A stretch of 64,000 bases of DNA. It comes from an uncultured Actinomycetes bacterium. Its GTDB lineage: Bacteria; Actinomycetota; Thermoleophilia; RBG-16-64-13. Both the position numbers and the translations under genes were made by a program. Below are positions 52,864-64,000 of the stretch, piece by piece (within the stretch, counting starts at the first letter, position 1; each line of letters begins with the position of its first letter). Under the pieces are notes generated by a model. That model saw only the letters and a program-made list of their open reading frames with translations. It did no database searches and was not told where the DNA came from. The stretch spans positions 288,001-352,000 of the forward strand of contig CAWJDT010000004.1 in the NCBI GenBank assembly GCA_963841735.1. Reading direction: 5' to 3'.

Positions 52864-53761
52864 GTCCAGCCGCCTTCCAAAGCGCCGCCTTCATCTCCGC
52901 CACCTCGCAGCGCGCGGCGTCCTGCCAATGCACGCCGCCGCGTTTCCGATACGCATAAAGAACGGCCCGCGAGGAGTTGACCACCGCTCCGGTGCCACGT
53001 TCATCGAACATGCCGCCTATGTCTTCCGCCCCCGCTCCTTGGGCACCGTAGCCCGGGATCAGCAGAGGCACTCCCGGCATCAGGGCGCGCAGTTGAACGC
53101 CCTGGCTGGGGTGGGTGCCCCCCACGACTGCCCCCACCGAACAATAGCCGACCGCCCCTTCACTGCCTAACCCCCAGCCGGTCACCAGTTCCGCCACCCG
53201 GACGTATAGGGGCCTGCCCCCCGCGATGTCAAGATCCTGAATATCGACCGAGCTAGGATTGGATGTCTTCACCAGCACGAACACCCCTTTACCCGCCTCC
53301 CGCGCTCTTCGGGCGAAGGGCTCCACGCTATCGGAGCCCAGATAAGGGTTCACCGTCACCGCATCTACCCCTGCCACCTCGAGGTGCGCCCGCGCGTACG
53401 CCTCGGCCGTGCTGCCTATGTCGCCGCGCTTCGCATCCCCGATAACCAAACACCCACTATCCCGGATCGGGCCAACCAGTTCTTCGTAGAGTCCATAGCC
53501 CGGGGCACCCAAAGCTTCGAAGTACGCGCACTGCATCTTCACGGCCACCGCATCAGCGCACACCGCTTCCAGCACGCCGGTCAAGAAACCGCGGTAGCAG
53601 TCCACTTTCATCTCGGCATCGCTGCCGTACGCTTCTCGCGGATAGGCCGCCCGCACGTCTGCAGGGAGCAGATCGTAGTCGGGATCAAACCCCACCACCA
53701 CATGAGAGCGCTTCTGCTCTATGGCTCCTAGAAGCCTATCGGCAAAATTGGATGCGTTCAC
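52856..53761 (-). CDS. pyrF: Orotidine-5'-phosphate decarboxylase (subfamily 2)
   Basis: VGFDP, DAKRGDIGST, VNPYLG, KTSNP, PGYGAQG, NSSR. Confidence 0.94.
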   Translation of the reverse strand: MNASNFADRLLGAIEQKRSHVVVGFDPDYDLLPADVRAAYPREAYGSDAEMKVDCYRGFLTGVLEAVCADAVAVKMQCAYFEALGAPGYGLYEELVGPIRDSGCLVIGDAKRGDIGSTAEAYARAHLEVAGVDAVTVNPYLGSDSVEPFARRAREAGKGVFVLVKTSNPSSVDIQDLDIAGGRPLYVRVAELVTGWGLGSEGAVGYCSVGAVVGGTHPSQGVQLRALMPGVPLLIPGYGAQGAGAEDIGGMFDERGTGAVVNSSRAVLYAYRKRGGVHWQDAARCEVAEMKAALWKAAGRA

Positions 53762-53800
53762 TGCAAGAACCCCTCAGAAGTCACAACACTGCCTACCAAG

Positions 53801-53827
53801 AAAAAAGGGCCGCACATGGCGGCCCTT
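53801..53827 (-). terminator. Intrinsic terminator of hup
   Basis: AAGGGCCGC-acatg-GCGGCCCTT with a T-tract on the minus strand. Confidence 0.8.
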
Positions 53828-53852
53828 CTCACTTCATCTCACGAACTCAAAA

Positions 53853-54125
53853 TCACTTGACAGCGCTTTTGAGAGCAAGACCTGCACTGAATTTGGGAAC
53901 TTTGGTGGCAGGGATATTGATCTTCTCTTTGGTCTGCGGGTTGATCCCCTGCCGCGCTTCGCGCGCCTGCACGTAGAACTTACCGAATCCAGTGAACTGT
54001 ACGTCCTCCCCCTTCTTGAGCGCATCGGTGACTACATCCACGAAAGAGTCGACCACAGCGGCCGCGTCTTTCTTGGTGAGCCCACTCTTAGCTGCAAGCT
54101 TGTCCACAAAATCGGCTTTGGTCAC
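53853..54125 (-). CDS. hup: DNA-binding protein HU
   Basis: TKADFV, GFGKF, GINPQTKE, PKFSAG; GGGAGGT SD. Confidence 0.95.
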   Translation of the reverse strand: MTKADFVDKLAAKSGLTKKDAAAVVDSFVDVVTDALKKGEDVQFTGFGKFYVQAREARQGINPQTKEKINIPATKVPKFSAGLALKSAVK

Positions 54126-54227
54126 AGTTACCTCCCTTGGTCTGCGGGGTACGCCCCTCACCTTAGCAAATGCCGTTAGCCCTACACAAGCTGTCTTTCA
54201 ACGGTATAACCGAAAAGAAACCGCATT

Positions 54228-54776
54228 TCAAGGCGCAATCGCGATACCGAGCTCCGACGACGTGAACAACGGCAGCAGAGTGAGTCCTGCAGCAGCAGCA
54301 GCGGCTCTTCCCCCCTCCTCGCGGTCGACCACGCAGTAGAGGTCGTCAACCTGGGCACCGGCCTCGCGCAGAACTTCCACCGCTTGGATAGCAGCTCCGC
54401 CCGATGTGACGATGTCCTCCACCAGAGCGATCCTCTCCCCCCGCTCCACGCGGCCTTCGACACGCTTGCCGGTGCCATACTCCTTCGTGAGCTTCCGCAC
54501 CAGAACCAACGGGAGCCCCAGTTCCAGTGACAATCCGGCTCCCAGCACCACCCCACCCAGCTCCGGAGCGCCTAGGCGATCGTAGTGAGCCCCGGCAGCC
54601 AGCTGGTTACGGACCATCATGGCAATCTCCTGTACTATGCCGCGCAGAACCTGCGGATCAGTCTCAAACAGGTATTTGTCAAGGTAGTACTTGCTCCTGC
54701 GGCCCGAGCGCAGGACAAAATCGCCCTCCAGGTACGCCGCCTTCAACAGAAGCCTGCCCAGTTCTTCCTTTTCCAC
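54228..54776 (-). CDS. pyrE: Orotate phosphoribosyltransferase
   Basis: GDFVLRSGRRSKYYLDK, KEYGT, LVEDIVTSGG, VVDR. Confidence 0.92.
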   Translation of the reverse strand: MEKEELGRLLLKAAYLEGDFVLRSGRRSKYYLDKYLFETDPQVLRGIVQEIAMMVRNQLAAGAHYDRLGAPELGGVVLGAGLSLELGLPLVLVRKLTKEYGTGKRVEGRVERGERIALVEDIVTSGGAAIQAVEVLREAGAQVDDLYCVVDREEGGRAAAAAAGLTLLPLFTSSELGIAIAP

Positions 54777-54818
54777 TAGCCCTCCTAGTCGATTCAAACC
54801 CTCGGAACGCCCTGCCGC

Positions 54819-56213
54819 CTATGCCCCAGACACCGTTATGCCTGTAACGGCGAGCGAGGGCGCGTAAGCACTCCCGTATAGCGGGGTCCAGCGTGCGTCG
54901 CCGCCCACGTCGCACACTCCCTTCAGTAGGCTTAGAAAATCCGTGGCCACCGTAATCTCACGCACCGGAGTTCCCAAGCTGCCGCCACTGATGAGTCTGC
55001 CCGTCGCCCCCACCGAGATCTCGCCACTGATGGCGTTGACGCCGGAGTGGAGGCCGGCCAAGCTGTCCACATAGAGACCGTCCGACACGCGGGAGACTAG
55101 AGCCTCAAGCGTACCTAGGCCCGACCGCACGACCAGATTGGTAGCACCCACGACAGGGAGCGTCCGGTAGGAGCCCCGCACCGCGTTCCCGGTGGACCGC
55201 ACGCCACCCCCGGCTTTGCGGGCCGTATGGCTATTGTGCAGAAACGACCGCAGAACGCCATCCTCGATCACGGCCGTCGCCCGCTGAGGCACCCCTTCCC
55301 CATCGAAGGGACGGGTGGCCATGCCCTCCCTCGCAACCCCATCATCGATGAGGTGCAACAACGGCGAAGCCACCACCTCCCCAAGCTTGGTAGCAAACAC
55401 CGAGCGTCCCTTCTGCACGGCGTCGGCGCTGAGCGCCCGAGCCACGCTGCCCAAGAGAGCAGCCACGACCTCCCTGTCGAACACCACCGTGTACAGACCA
55501 GTTGGGCAAGGACGCGCTCCCAGCAACGCACAGGCCTTCTCTCCCGCCTCGCGCCCGGCCTTCTCAGCGTCCAAGCCTTCGGGCTCCCGGGCGGCAGTGA
55601 ACCCCAGACCGGACTGCCGCTCGCGGTCGTGGCCCGCGTGGGCCTGCACATAAACGAAACAGAATGACTGCGCTGCCTCAGCCTCGACACCTGCAGTAGA
55701 TGCGATGGCCACGTAGCTTTCCTCGTCCGAATAGACGCTCTCCTCAACGGTCTCAACATCCGCCAACGCCAGCGCAGCAGATTCCGCCTTCAAGGCCAGT
55801 GCGGTCTTCCGCTCCAAGGTCGTCCCGGAGATCCCCGGCCGCCATAGGTCCGACAGCACCGGATAGCCGCCCTCCTCGCTACCAGGCAACGAAGAGTACT
55901 CGTCGGCGTCAGCGGCCTTGAGATTATCCGTCGCCCAATGGAGGGCGCGACGAACGCCCTCCCGCGACAGGTCGGACGTGAACGCGTATCCGGTGCGGCC
56001 CTCGTGCATGGCCCTGACTCCCAGACCGCTGGGCTCTGCCACCGTGACCGACTCAACCTCGCCCCCGAACGCCTTGATGGTGACCGTCCGCCCCCGCTCG
56101 ACATAGACTTCGACCTCAGCGCCAACTCCGCAGGTCAGGCCCAATGCCATCCGCGCCACCTCTAGCGGAGACGACGCCTCTCCGGCAGCCGGGTTGTGGG
56201 CTAGCTTGCTCAC
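54819..56213 (-). CDS. pmbA: TldE/PmbA peptidase subunit
   Basis: AVQKGRS, PFDGEG, STGNA; no HExxxH; overlaps the tldD stop. Confidence 0.88.
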   Translation of the reverse strand: MSKLAHNPAAGEASSPLEVARMALGLTCGVGAEVEVYVERGRTVTIKAFGGEVESVTVAEPSGLGVRAMHEGRTGYAFTSDLSREGVRRALHWATDNLKAADADEYSSLPGSEEGGYPVLSDLWRPGISGTTLERKTALALKAESAALALADVETVEESVYSDEESYVAIASTAGVEAEAAQSFCFVYVQAHAGHDRERQSGLGFTAAREPEGLDAEKAGREAGEKACALLGARPCPTGLYTVVFDREVVAALLGSVARALSADAVQKGRSVFATKLGEVVASPLLHLIDDGVAREGMATRPFDGEGVPQRATAVIEDGVLRSFLHNSHTARKAGGGVRSTGNAVRGSYRTLPVVGATNLVVRSGLGTLEALVSRVSDGLYVDSLAGLHSGVNAISGEISVGATGRLISGGSLGTPVREITVATDFLSLLKGVCDVGGDARWTPLYGSAYAPSLAVTGITVSGA

Positions 56214-57619
56214 AGACCGGTGCCGCCAACAGTCATCTCGCGCACGCGCAGGGTGGGCTGCCCGCTGCCCACCGGCACGCTCTGCCCTTCTTTGCCACAC
56301 ATGCCAGCCTTGATCTGCAGGTCATCGGCAATGGCGTCGATACCCAGCAGGACCTCCAAGCCATTGCCGATAAGGGTGGCTCCTCTCACTGGAGTGGTCA
56401 CTCTGCCCTTCTCAATAAGGTAGCCTTCGGCCACCGCGAACACGAAGTCCCCAGTTGCCGGATTCACCTCTCCACCAGAGAGTGACTTGGCATAGAGGCC
56501 ACGGGCCGTGTCGGCGATGATCTCGTCGGGGCTGAGTCTTCCGGGCCCGAAATAGGTGTTGGTCATACGCGGATAGGGCAGGCTCCGATAGTCCTGCCTG
56601 CGCCCATTGCCGGTGAGGGGCAGACCCAGAGCTTGGCTGCGCAGGCGATCACTCAGATAGCCCGTCAATATGCCTTCCTCAATGACCGTTGTGCGGCTGC
56701 AGGGCGTTCCCTCGTCGTCGCACCCCGCACTGCCCCACATACCCGCGCTGACCCCGTCGTCGTAGGCGGAGATATGCTCGCCCGCCACCCGCTGGCCGAT
56801 CTTGCCCTCCCACACGCTGCTCTTCTTCAGCACGTAGTCGGCCTCAAGCCCGTGTCCGCAGGCCTCGTGAAAGAGCACTCCGCCGAAACCGTTTCCTAGT
56901 ACCACCGGCATGCGGCCCGCCGGCGCCGGCGCCGACCCTAGAAGGACCAGCGCCCGTTCCCCCACATCCGCGGCAAGCCGCGCAACAGCCGCGTCATCGA
57001 GCAGCTCGAATCCTCCATGATGAGCCAAGGTATCGTGACCGATCTGAATGAGCCCGTCACGCTCCGCCATCACGGTGATGCCGAACATCACCCTGGTCCG
57101 CTCATCATGAGAAAGCAACCCGTGCGACCCGGCGACCCAAACCCTTTGCCTGCTCTCTCCGTAAACGACGACTACCTGCCGGATATCCTTGGAGAGCGCC
57201 CTGGCTGTGTCATCGGCTAGATGTAATAGACGGCCCTTTGCAGCCGCCTCCACCAAGGTAGGGTCCTGTTCCACGGTCCCGCCCCGCTCGCCGCGGCCAT
57301 CGCGCTGGACCGCCACCATCCGGCCGGTGTCGACCGGCGTGGCGCTGAGTACTAAAGCCAGCTGCTCGAGAGAGCTCTGGTCCGCCGAATCGACGTATCC
57401 AAAGACCGTCGATCCCCCACGCATGATGCGCACCGAGCCACCCAGGTCCGTTCCCGAGACGGCACTCTCAATCTTGCCATCCTCCAAACGCATGGACAAA
57501 GAACGTCGGTCCTCGATGAAAACGTCGGCCATCTCCCCGCCGCCCCGCAGTGCGCGCGAAAGAATCCCGGCCGCTGACTCCGGAGTGGGTCCCGGGTAGT
57601 CCAACGAGGATGGGCTCAA
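56210..57619 (-). CDS. tldD: TldD metalloprotease subunit
   Basis: FHEACGHGLEAD, DDEG, TGNGRRQ, PRMTNT, CGKEGQSVPV. Confidence 0.92.
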   Translation of the reverse strand: MSPSSLDYPGPTPESAAGILSRALRGGGEMADVFIEDRRSLSMRLEDGKIESAVSGTDLGGSVRIMRGGSTVFGYVDSADQSSLEQLALVLSATPVDTGRMVAVQRDGRGERGGTVEQDPTLVEAAAKGRLLHLADDTARALSKDIRQVVVVYGESRQRVWVAGSHGLLSHDERTRVMFGITVMAERDGLIQIGHDTLAHHGGFELLDDAAVARLAADVGERALVLLGSAPAPAGRMPVVLGNGFGGVLFHEACGHGLEADYVLKKSSVWEGKIGQRVAGEHISAYDDGVSAGMWGSAGCDDEGTPCSRTTVIEEGILTGYLSDRLRSQALGLPLTGNGRRQDYRSLPYPRMTNTYFGPGRLSPDEIIADTARGLYAKSLSGGEVNPATGDFVFAVAEGYLIEKGRVTTPVRGATLIGNGLEVLLGIDAIADDLQIKAGMCGKEGQSVPVGSGQPTLRVREMTVGGTGL

Positions 57620-57635
57620 GAGAAGTGAGAGACCG

Positions 57636-57851
57636 TCAGGTACCGATAGGAACGGTCTTGAGTATCTCGTTGGCCAAGTTCATGAACGGAACCGCTTCGG
57701 CCGTCTCGCCCGGCATGGCCAACATCGAACCATCGTCGAAGTACATCTCCACTTGTGGCTGACGGCCACGCATGAACACAAAGTAGTAAGCTCCTGCCGC
57801 CAGGCTGCCCACTAGGGTGACTGCACCGAACAGCTTGAAAGCTGGCTTCAT
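57636..57851 (-). CDS. Small membrane-anchored hypothetical protein (71 aa)
   Basis: N-terminal TM, then VEMYFDDGSM; SD AAGGAGGAG. Confidence 0.7.
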   Translation of the reverse strand: MKPAFKLFGAVTLVGSLAAGAYYFVFMRGRQPQVEMYFDDGSMLAMPGETAEAVPFMNLANEILKTVPIGT

Positions 57852-58250
57852 CTACTCCTCCTTGGCTGCTTGATCGGCAGCGAAGGCCGACGCGGCGGCC
57901 TCACGCGCATCCCTGATGCAGGTCTTCAAATCGTACAAGACAAGTCCGACCCGGCTGCCCTTCTTGCCGGTGGCGAGAAGGCCCATCGCCTCCGCTCCGC
58001 TCTCGCGGGCCAAGAAGACATAGCCACTCCCGGTCTCGACCACAAGCTGCGTGAACGCTTGCGAGCCCATTTCCCCAGCCCGCACCTCTGCCAGTCTCGC
58101 CAGTTCTCTGGCCTGAGCCAATGCCGTCGCTTGCGCTTCCTCTGGCATGTTGGAGGCCAGAACCCCGTCCGCATCGAACAATACCGCCTTGTCGATGTCG
58201 CTGGAGATGTCCATCATCTCCTCAAACGCCAGCGTTACCTCTTGCTTCAT
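57852..58250 (-). CDS. Roadblock/LC7 (MglB-like) domain protein
   Basis: AVLFDADGVLAS, QLVVETGSGYVFL, VGLVLYDL pattern; GGAG SD; TGgTACACT -10 at about 58302-58310. Confidence 0.72.
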   Translation of the reverse strand: MKQEVTLAFEEMMDISSDIDKAVLFDADGVLASNMPEEAQATALAQARELARLAEVRAGEMGSQAFTQLVVETGSGYVFLARESGAEAMGLLATGKKGSRVGLVLYDLKTCIRDAREAAASAFAADQAAKEE

Positions 58251-58432
58251 TTGCATCTCCTCTCCTGGCGACCGCCACACCCCCGTGGGACCGTGCGACC
58301 CAGTGTACCATCCGAGCCGCGCCCGCCGAAAAGGCCGGGGCCACCGCCCCGCGGCGCCTTGTCGGCGCCGAGGGGCGGTGGCCCCGAAACCGGTCTGAGA
58401 CGAAATGCCTCAGCCGGTCGGAACTGCCTTGA

Positions 58433-60082
<1,650 letters not shown>

Positions 60083-60131
60083 CTAATGGGGACAGAAGCC
60101 ATGGTCGTGACTACGACCAGAACCTCGAAAG

Positions 60132-60425
60132 CTATCCGTTGGGCAGCACGCCGATGATGTCGCTGGCACGCAGAACCAGGTATTCGTCACCATCTAGCTT
60201 GACCTCGACGCCCCCGTACTTCGCGAAGACGATGATGTCGCCCTCTTTGACCGGCATAGGCAGAAGCTTGCCGCTGTCGTCATACCTGCCAGGACCGACA
60301 GCCATAACCGTAGCCTTTGAAGGCTTCTCCTTCGCGGTGTCCGGAAGGACGATACCGCTGCTGGTCTTCTCTTCTTGCTCCAGGACCTTGACAACGACCC
60401 TGTCCTCGAGTGGCTTTAGTTTCAT
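60132..60425 (-). CDS. groS: Co-chaperonin GroES
   Basis: MKLKPLEDRV, GIVLPDTAKEKP, KYGG; AGGAGG SD. Confidence 0.97.
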   Translation of the reverse strand: MKLKPLEDRVVVKVLEQEEKTSSGIVLPDTAKEKPSKATVMAVGPGRYDDSGKLLPMPVKEGDIIVFAKYGGVEVKLDGDEYLVLRASDIIGVLPNG

Positions 60426-60502
60426 GCACAACCCTCCTATCGATTGTTTGGTACTCCGTTTGCTCATCGCCTCGAACAGGCTACTGAAACCGAATCTCGT
60501 AA

Positions 60503-60529
60503 TTGGCACTCTCCACGTCCGAGTGCCAA
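60503..60529. promoter_or_regulatory. CIRCE element (HrcA operator) of groESL
   Basis: TTGGCACTC-N9-GAGTGCCAA perfect inverted repeat. Confidence 0.93.
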
Positions 60530-60538
60530 CCGGTGCCT

Positions 60539-60567
60539 ATATTATGCTCAGGCCGGGCATTTGTCAA
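60539..60567 (-). promoter_or_regulatory. Sigma70 promoter of groESL
   Basis: TTGACA-17 bp-TAATAT immediately upstream of CIRCE. Confidence 0.75.
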
Positions 60568-60569
60568 AC

Positions 60570-62123
60570 CTAGGGAAGCAGGCGCCCCAAGGGCATAGAG
60601 GCGGCCGCATCGATCCCCAGATAGTCTGGGTACTCGATACGGAGCCCGGACAAAGCCGCGGCACCGATCATGGCTGCATTGTCGGTGCAATACGAGATAG
60701 CTGGGACCACCACGTGGAAACCAGCGTTCTGCCCCTGCTCCGCTAACTGGCGCCGCAAAAGGGAATTGGCGGCGACCCCGCCCACGACCGCGATGGTCTT
60801 GACCCTCTCGTGCTCGGCAGTGCGCACCGTCTTCGCCACCAACGCGCCCACAACAGCCCGCCGGTATGAGGCCGCTATGTCGGCCGCCCTCTCCTCCCGC
60901 TGCTGCGGAGTCATGCCTCGCAGTTGGTAGTACAGGGCGGTCTTGACACCCGAGAACGAGAAGTCCGGACGCACTGAACGCCGCAGGCCGAAGGGAAACG
61001 AGAACGCGTCAGGATCGCCCGTTTCGGCCAGTTGGTCCAACTCCCTGCCCCCCGGGTAGCCAAGGCCCAGCAATCTGGCTCCCTTGTCGAACGCCTCCCC
61101 GGCGGCATCGTCGAGGGTCTGCCCCAGCAGGCTGAAGGTGCTGTGGCCGTCCACCCGCACCAGCATGGTATGCCCCCCGGAAGCCACCAAGGTGACCATG
61201 GGCAGTGGCGCCGACGGATCGCTCAGCCAGGCCGCGGCCAAGTGTCCGTGCAGATGATTCACAGGGTAGAACGGCAGCTTACGGCTCCAGGCGATAGCCT
61301 TGGCCGTCTGCACACCGACCAGCAAAGCCCCTATGAGCCCGGGGCCTACCGTAACAGCCACACCCCCCAGGTCCGCCACTCCACAACCCGCCTGCCGCAG
61401 TGCTTCGCGCACCACCGCCGTCATCCGCTCCACGTGGGCGCGGCTGGCAACCTCGGGGACCACCCCCCCATAGCGCTCGTGGATGGCATCTTGGGAGTGC
61501 GACACGGAGGCTAACACCTCGCCCGAAGGCGTGAGCACAGCTGCCGCCGAATCGTCGCACGAGGACTCTATGGCAAGAAGCGGTCCCGCCGCGCCGCCGC
61601 CACCCGGCACAGTCGCACCATCACACGGTCCCGCCGCGCTGTCAGGAACGCCGGCCCCGCGCATCATCACCAACGCATCCTCTCCCGTGTCCGGGTAGTA
61701 CCGCCGGCGCACTCCTGCTGTGACAAACCCCAGGCTCCCGTAGAGGGCCACAGCCCCTTCGTTCCCACCGCGCACTTCCAGCAGTACCCCCCGCCCCGCC
61801 AAGCAGGCCGCGGCTACAAACTCAGACACCAGTGCCCTTGCGATCCCCTGCCGCCTCATCGCAGGCGCTACGGCCACATCCATCACATGCCACACGTCGG
61901 GGTAGCGGCGACCCAGAAGAAAGCCCACCACCCTGTCCCCGGCCTCTGCCGCCACGGCGACCGTGCTGCGCGCGGCTTCCTGCTCCAGCTCGTCGCCGAT
62001 CATGGTCGGGCTCCAAGGCAGAGTGAACGAGTCCTTCTCGATCGCCAGTACCGCCGGCAGATCGGCAGCCATCATCTCCCGTATGGCCGGTGCAGTCGCC
62101 ACCTTATGCTCCGCCCGGGCCAT
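60570..62123 (-). CDS. tsaD: RimI-like N-acetyltransferase fused to t6A synthase TsaD
   Basis: N-terminal GNAT (VAVAPAMRRQGIA, LEVR..N, RRYY..EDA), G/A-rich linker, then IESSCDD, GGVVPEVASRAH, HLHGH, SGGHT, DDAAGEAFDK, CTDNAAMI. Confidence 0.92.
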   Translation of the reverse strand: MARAEHKVATAPAIREMMAADLPAVLAIEKDSFTLPWSPTMIGDELEQEAARSTVAVAAEAGDRVVGFLLGRRYPDVWHVMDVAVAPAMRRQGIARALVSEFVAAACLAGRGVLLEVRGGNEGAVALYGSLGFVTAGVRRRYYPDTGEDALVMMRGAGVPDSAAGPCDGATVPGGGGAAGPLLAIESSCDDSAAAVLTPSGEVLASVSHSQDAIHERYGGVVPEVASRAHVERMTAVVREALRQAGCGVADLGGVAVTVGPGLIGALLVGVQTAKAIAWSRKLPFYPVNHLHGHLAAAWLSDPSAPLPMVTLVASGGHTMLVRVDGHSTFSLLGQTLDDAAGEAFDKGARLLGLGYPGGRELDQLAETGDPDAFSFPFGLRRSVRPDFSFSGVKTALYYQLRGMTPQQREERAADIAASYRRAVVGALVAKTVRTAEHERVKTIAVVGGVAANSLLRRQLAEQGQNAGFHVVVPAISYCTDNAAMIGAAALSGLRIEYPDYLGIDAAASMPLGRLLP

Positions 62124-63009
62124 CGCCCCAGGGATCCTTCATCTTGGTTATGTGGATGTCGGCGTCGGGAGAACGCACGTACATGGGCTTCACTGACTCC
62201 GGAGTACCCACCTCTCCTGCTTGGTCGGGGGACCACAAGCCCGAGCCCAGGGTCTTCACAAGCCCAGGCGTCATCTCCCGCCCGGCCAGCGCCAGCCTCA
62301 GCCAAGGCCCGATCCGTCTCCCCTGCGGAAGCACCCCCGGTTCCACCAGCCTATCCTGGCCCGCGACCAAGTGCTCCGCCGTCAATTCCAGGGTGAGTAC
62401 GGCCGCCCCCGACGCCGCTCCCTGGGCCAGATCCACGTCCTCGGCCACGACCAGCGTGCGGCAAGCGAGCCCCGCCCCCAGCACCTCCGAGAGAGACGCC
62501 CGGTCGCACACGCCCACCTCCCCCGACCGTGCCCAAGTAGCTGCCGCGCCCTCCGGACCACGCACCCGCTCGTACAGGGCAAAGAACAACTGACCCCGCC
62601 TCGCATCGACTGCCGGCACCAAAAGATCCCTGGCACCCGCGACCGCGCTTCCCGCCGCCGCCAAGGCGCCCAGCGTGCTCACACCAAGAACGGGTATGGT
62701 CAGGGCAAGACCCAGCGCCCGGCCCGTCGCCACAGCGATGCGCACCCCCGTAAAGGTGCCCGGCCCGATACCCACCACCACGGCGCCCAGGTTACCTGGG
62801 CCGGCGGTGACCTCCTCCAACATCTCGTCCACAAGGCGCATCAGCACCTTGGCCTGACCTCGCCCGTCGGTCTCTGCTCGACGCGCAACGACCTGCCAGT
62901 CGCCCTCGCATCCGCCGGCAGTATTCCCCTCTCCAGCGCCCGCCCGCAGAAGAGCAGCACTGCAGACCTGCGTGGATCCGTCGAGGGCAAGTACGAAGCG
63001 GTCAGTCAT
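62104..63009 (-). CDS. tsaB: tRNA t6A biosynthesis protein TsaB
   Basis: LALDGS, GIGPGTFTGVRI, DARRGQ, PMYVR. Confidence 0.9.
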   Translation of the reverse strand: MTDRFVLALDGSTQVCSAALLRAGAGEGNTAGGCEGDWQVVARRAETDGRGQAKVLMRLVDEMLEEVTAGPGNLGAVVVGIGPGTFTGVRIAVATGRALGLALTIPVLGVSTLGALAAAGSAVAGARDLLVPAVDARRGQLFFALYERVRGPEGAAATWARSGEVGVCDRASLSEVLGAGLACRTLVVAEDVDLAQGAASGAAVLTLELTAEHLVAGQDRLVEPGVLPQGRRIGPWLRLALAGREMTPGLVKTLGSGLWSPDQAGEVGTPESVKPMYVRSPDADIHITKMKDPWGDGPGGA

Positions 63010-63484
63010 CTTGGCCTGCCTCTTCCCAGCGTTGCCGGGCGGACCCAGTCACCGCCTCCAACAGCAGGGTGCGGGTGTGCAGCGACTCGTGGCCGATGGT
63101 CACCGTCCAAGACGCCGTCCCCAGCCGGGCGGCGCCCGCTTCGGGCCACTCCACCAGCGTGACGGCGTCTTCACTCACGTACTCCTCCAGAGCCAGGGCG
63201 TCGTCGTCGCCGATCTCCTCCAGGCGGTAGAGATCGAGGTGCTGCACGCGCACCCGTCCTGAGTAGATGTTCGCGATGGTAAACGACGGGCTCCGCACGG
63301 GGTCGGTCACTTCCAGAGCCACGGCCACGGCTCGCACCAGGGTGGTCTTACCGGCCCCCAAGGGCCCGTACAGCAGCACCAGGTCCCCCGGGCGGAGCGC
63401 GCGGGCCAACCGCCGCCCGATGCGTTCCATACCGTCCAGCGTAACTCCCCGGCTGCTCACCAACAGGCGGTCGTCATCTACCAC
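63002..63484 (-). CDS. tsaE: tRNA t6A biosynthesis ATPase TsaE
   Basis: GPLGAGKTT, SPSF, HLDLYRL, VEWP. Confidence 0.93.
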   Translation of the reverse strand: MVDDDRLLVSSRGVTLDGMERIGRRLARALRPGDLVLLYGPLGAGKTTLVRAVAVALEVTDPVRSPSFTIANIYSGRVRVQHLDLYRLEEIGDDDALALEEYVSEDAVTLVEWPEAGAARLGTASWTVTIGHESLHTRTLLLEAVTGSARQRWEEAGQDD

Positions 63485-64000
63485 AGATGCAGCTGCTCTA
63501 TCTGTTCGGGCGCGGGATTCGCCGGACCCGGGGCGGCGGACTTTCCGTCAGGCTCCGAAGCGCGATCATGCCCGCCAACCCCAGGTGCGGATTCGCACTC
63601 CTGGAACGCTCCGGTCTCCACGTCGGCACCTCTCCCCGCCGCCACTCCAGCAACAACCTGCGGTCCCCGAGACAGAAGCACTTTGAGCCTGCCAAAGTCC
63701 TCCTCGAGAACCTTCTTATTCGTCGGCGCGTAGAGAGCGGCGGCGGGATGGAACACCGGGAATATCAGGGTCTGCACGCCCGCGAGCGTCCGCTCTTTTG
63801 CTTTGCCGTGCACCGCCGTCATGCTCAGCTCCGTTTCGCCAAGGAGCTTCGTGGCAAAGCGGCCCAGCGTGCAGATGATCTTGGGCCGGATGATGGCGAT
63901 CTGCTCAAGCAGATGCGGACTGCAGGCCTCAATCTCGTCGGGAGCCGGATCCCGGTTATCCGGGGGTCTGCACTTCACCACATTGGCGATGTATACGTCG
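63478..64000 (-). CDS. Uracil-DNA glycosylase family 4 (5' end outside the window)
   Basis: YIANVVKCRPPDNRDP, LGRFA, FHPAA. Confidence 0.88.
   Translation of the reverse strand, partial: DVYIANVVKCRPPDNRDPAPDEIEACSPHLLEQIAIIRPKIICTLGRFATKLLGETELSMTAVHGKAKERTLAGVQTLIFPVFHPAAALYAPTNKKVLEEDFGRLKVLLSRGPQVVAGVAAGRGADVETGAFQECESAPGVGGHDRASEPDGKSAAPGPANPAPEQIEQLHLW

Overview
GC-rich (roughly 60-65% by eye) bacterial core-chromosome segment, most likely from an anaerobic or microaerophilic deep-branching actinomycete (Thermoleophilia-like; inferred from uvrC-rapZ-whiA synteny, Gram-positive LexA boxes, CIRCE and gene content). Most genes are on the minus strand and are housekeeping: nadE, phosphomannomutase, lexA, a LonC-type protease, lipA, larC, murI-rph-rdgB, sodB, an opp transporter, gap-pgk-tpiA-gpmI-secG, uvrC-ogt-rapZ-whiA, uvrA-hflX, dac-pfkB-guaA-rsfS, tldD-pmbA-pyrE, hup, pyrF, groES-groEL, udg-tsaE-tsaB-(rimI-tsaD fusion), three tRNAs and RNase P RNA. 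I see no mobile element, prophage or CRISPR array. Best leads: (1) a HydABC/Bfu-type flavin-FeS complex whose large FdhA-like subunit keeps all its FeS motifs but lacks the Mo/W-ligating Cys/Sec-His; (2) an RNase P RNA with a ~167-nt rod-like P19 extension; (3) a Zn-ribbon microprotein coupled to lexA; (4) a PafBC/RecA-NDp-like promoter at uvrA; (5) an orphan roadblock plus small membrane protein pair ahead of tldD-pmbA; (6) an ArcE/cDPGS-family ligase; (7) probable non-canonical ATA/CTG start codons. All calls come from reading sequence motifs; no database searches were run.
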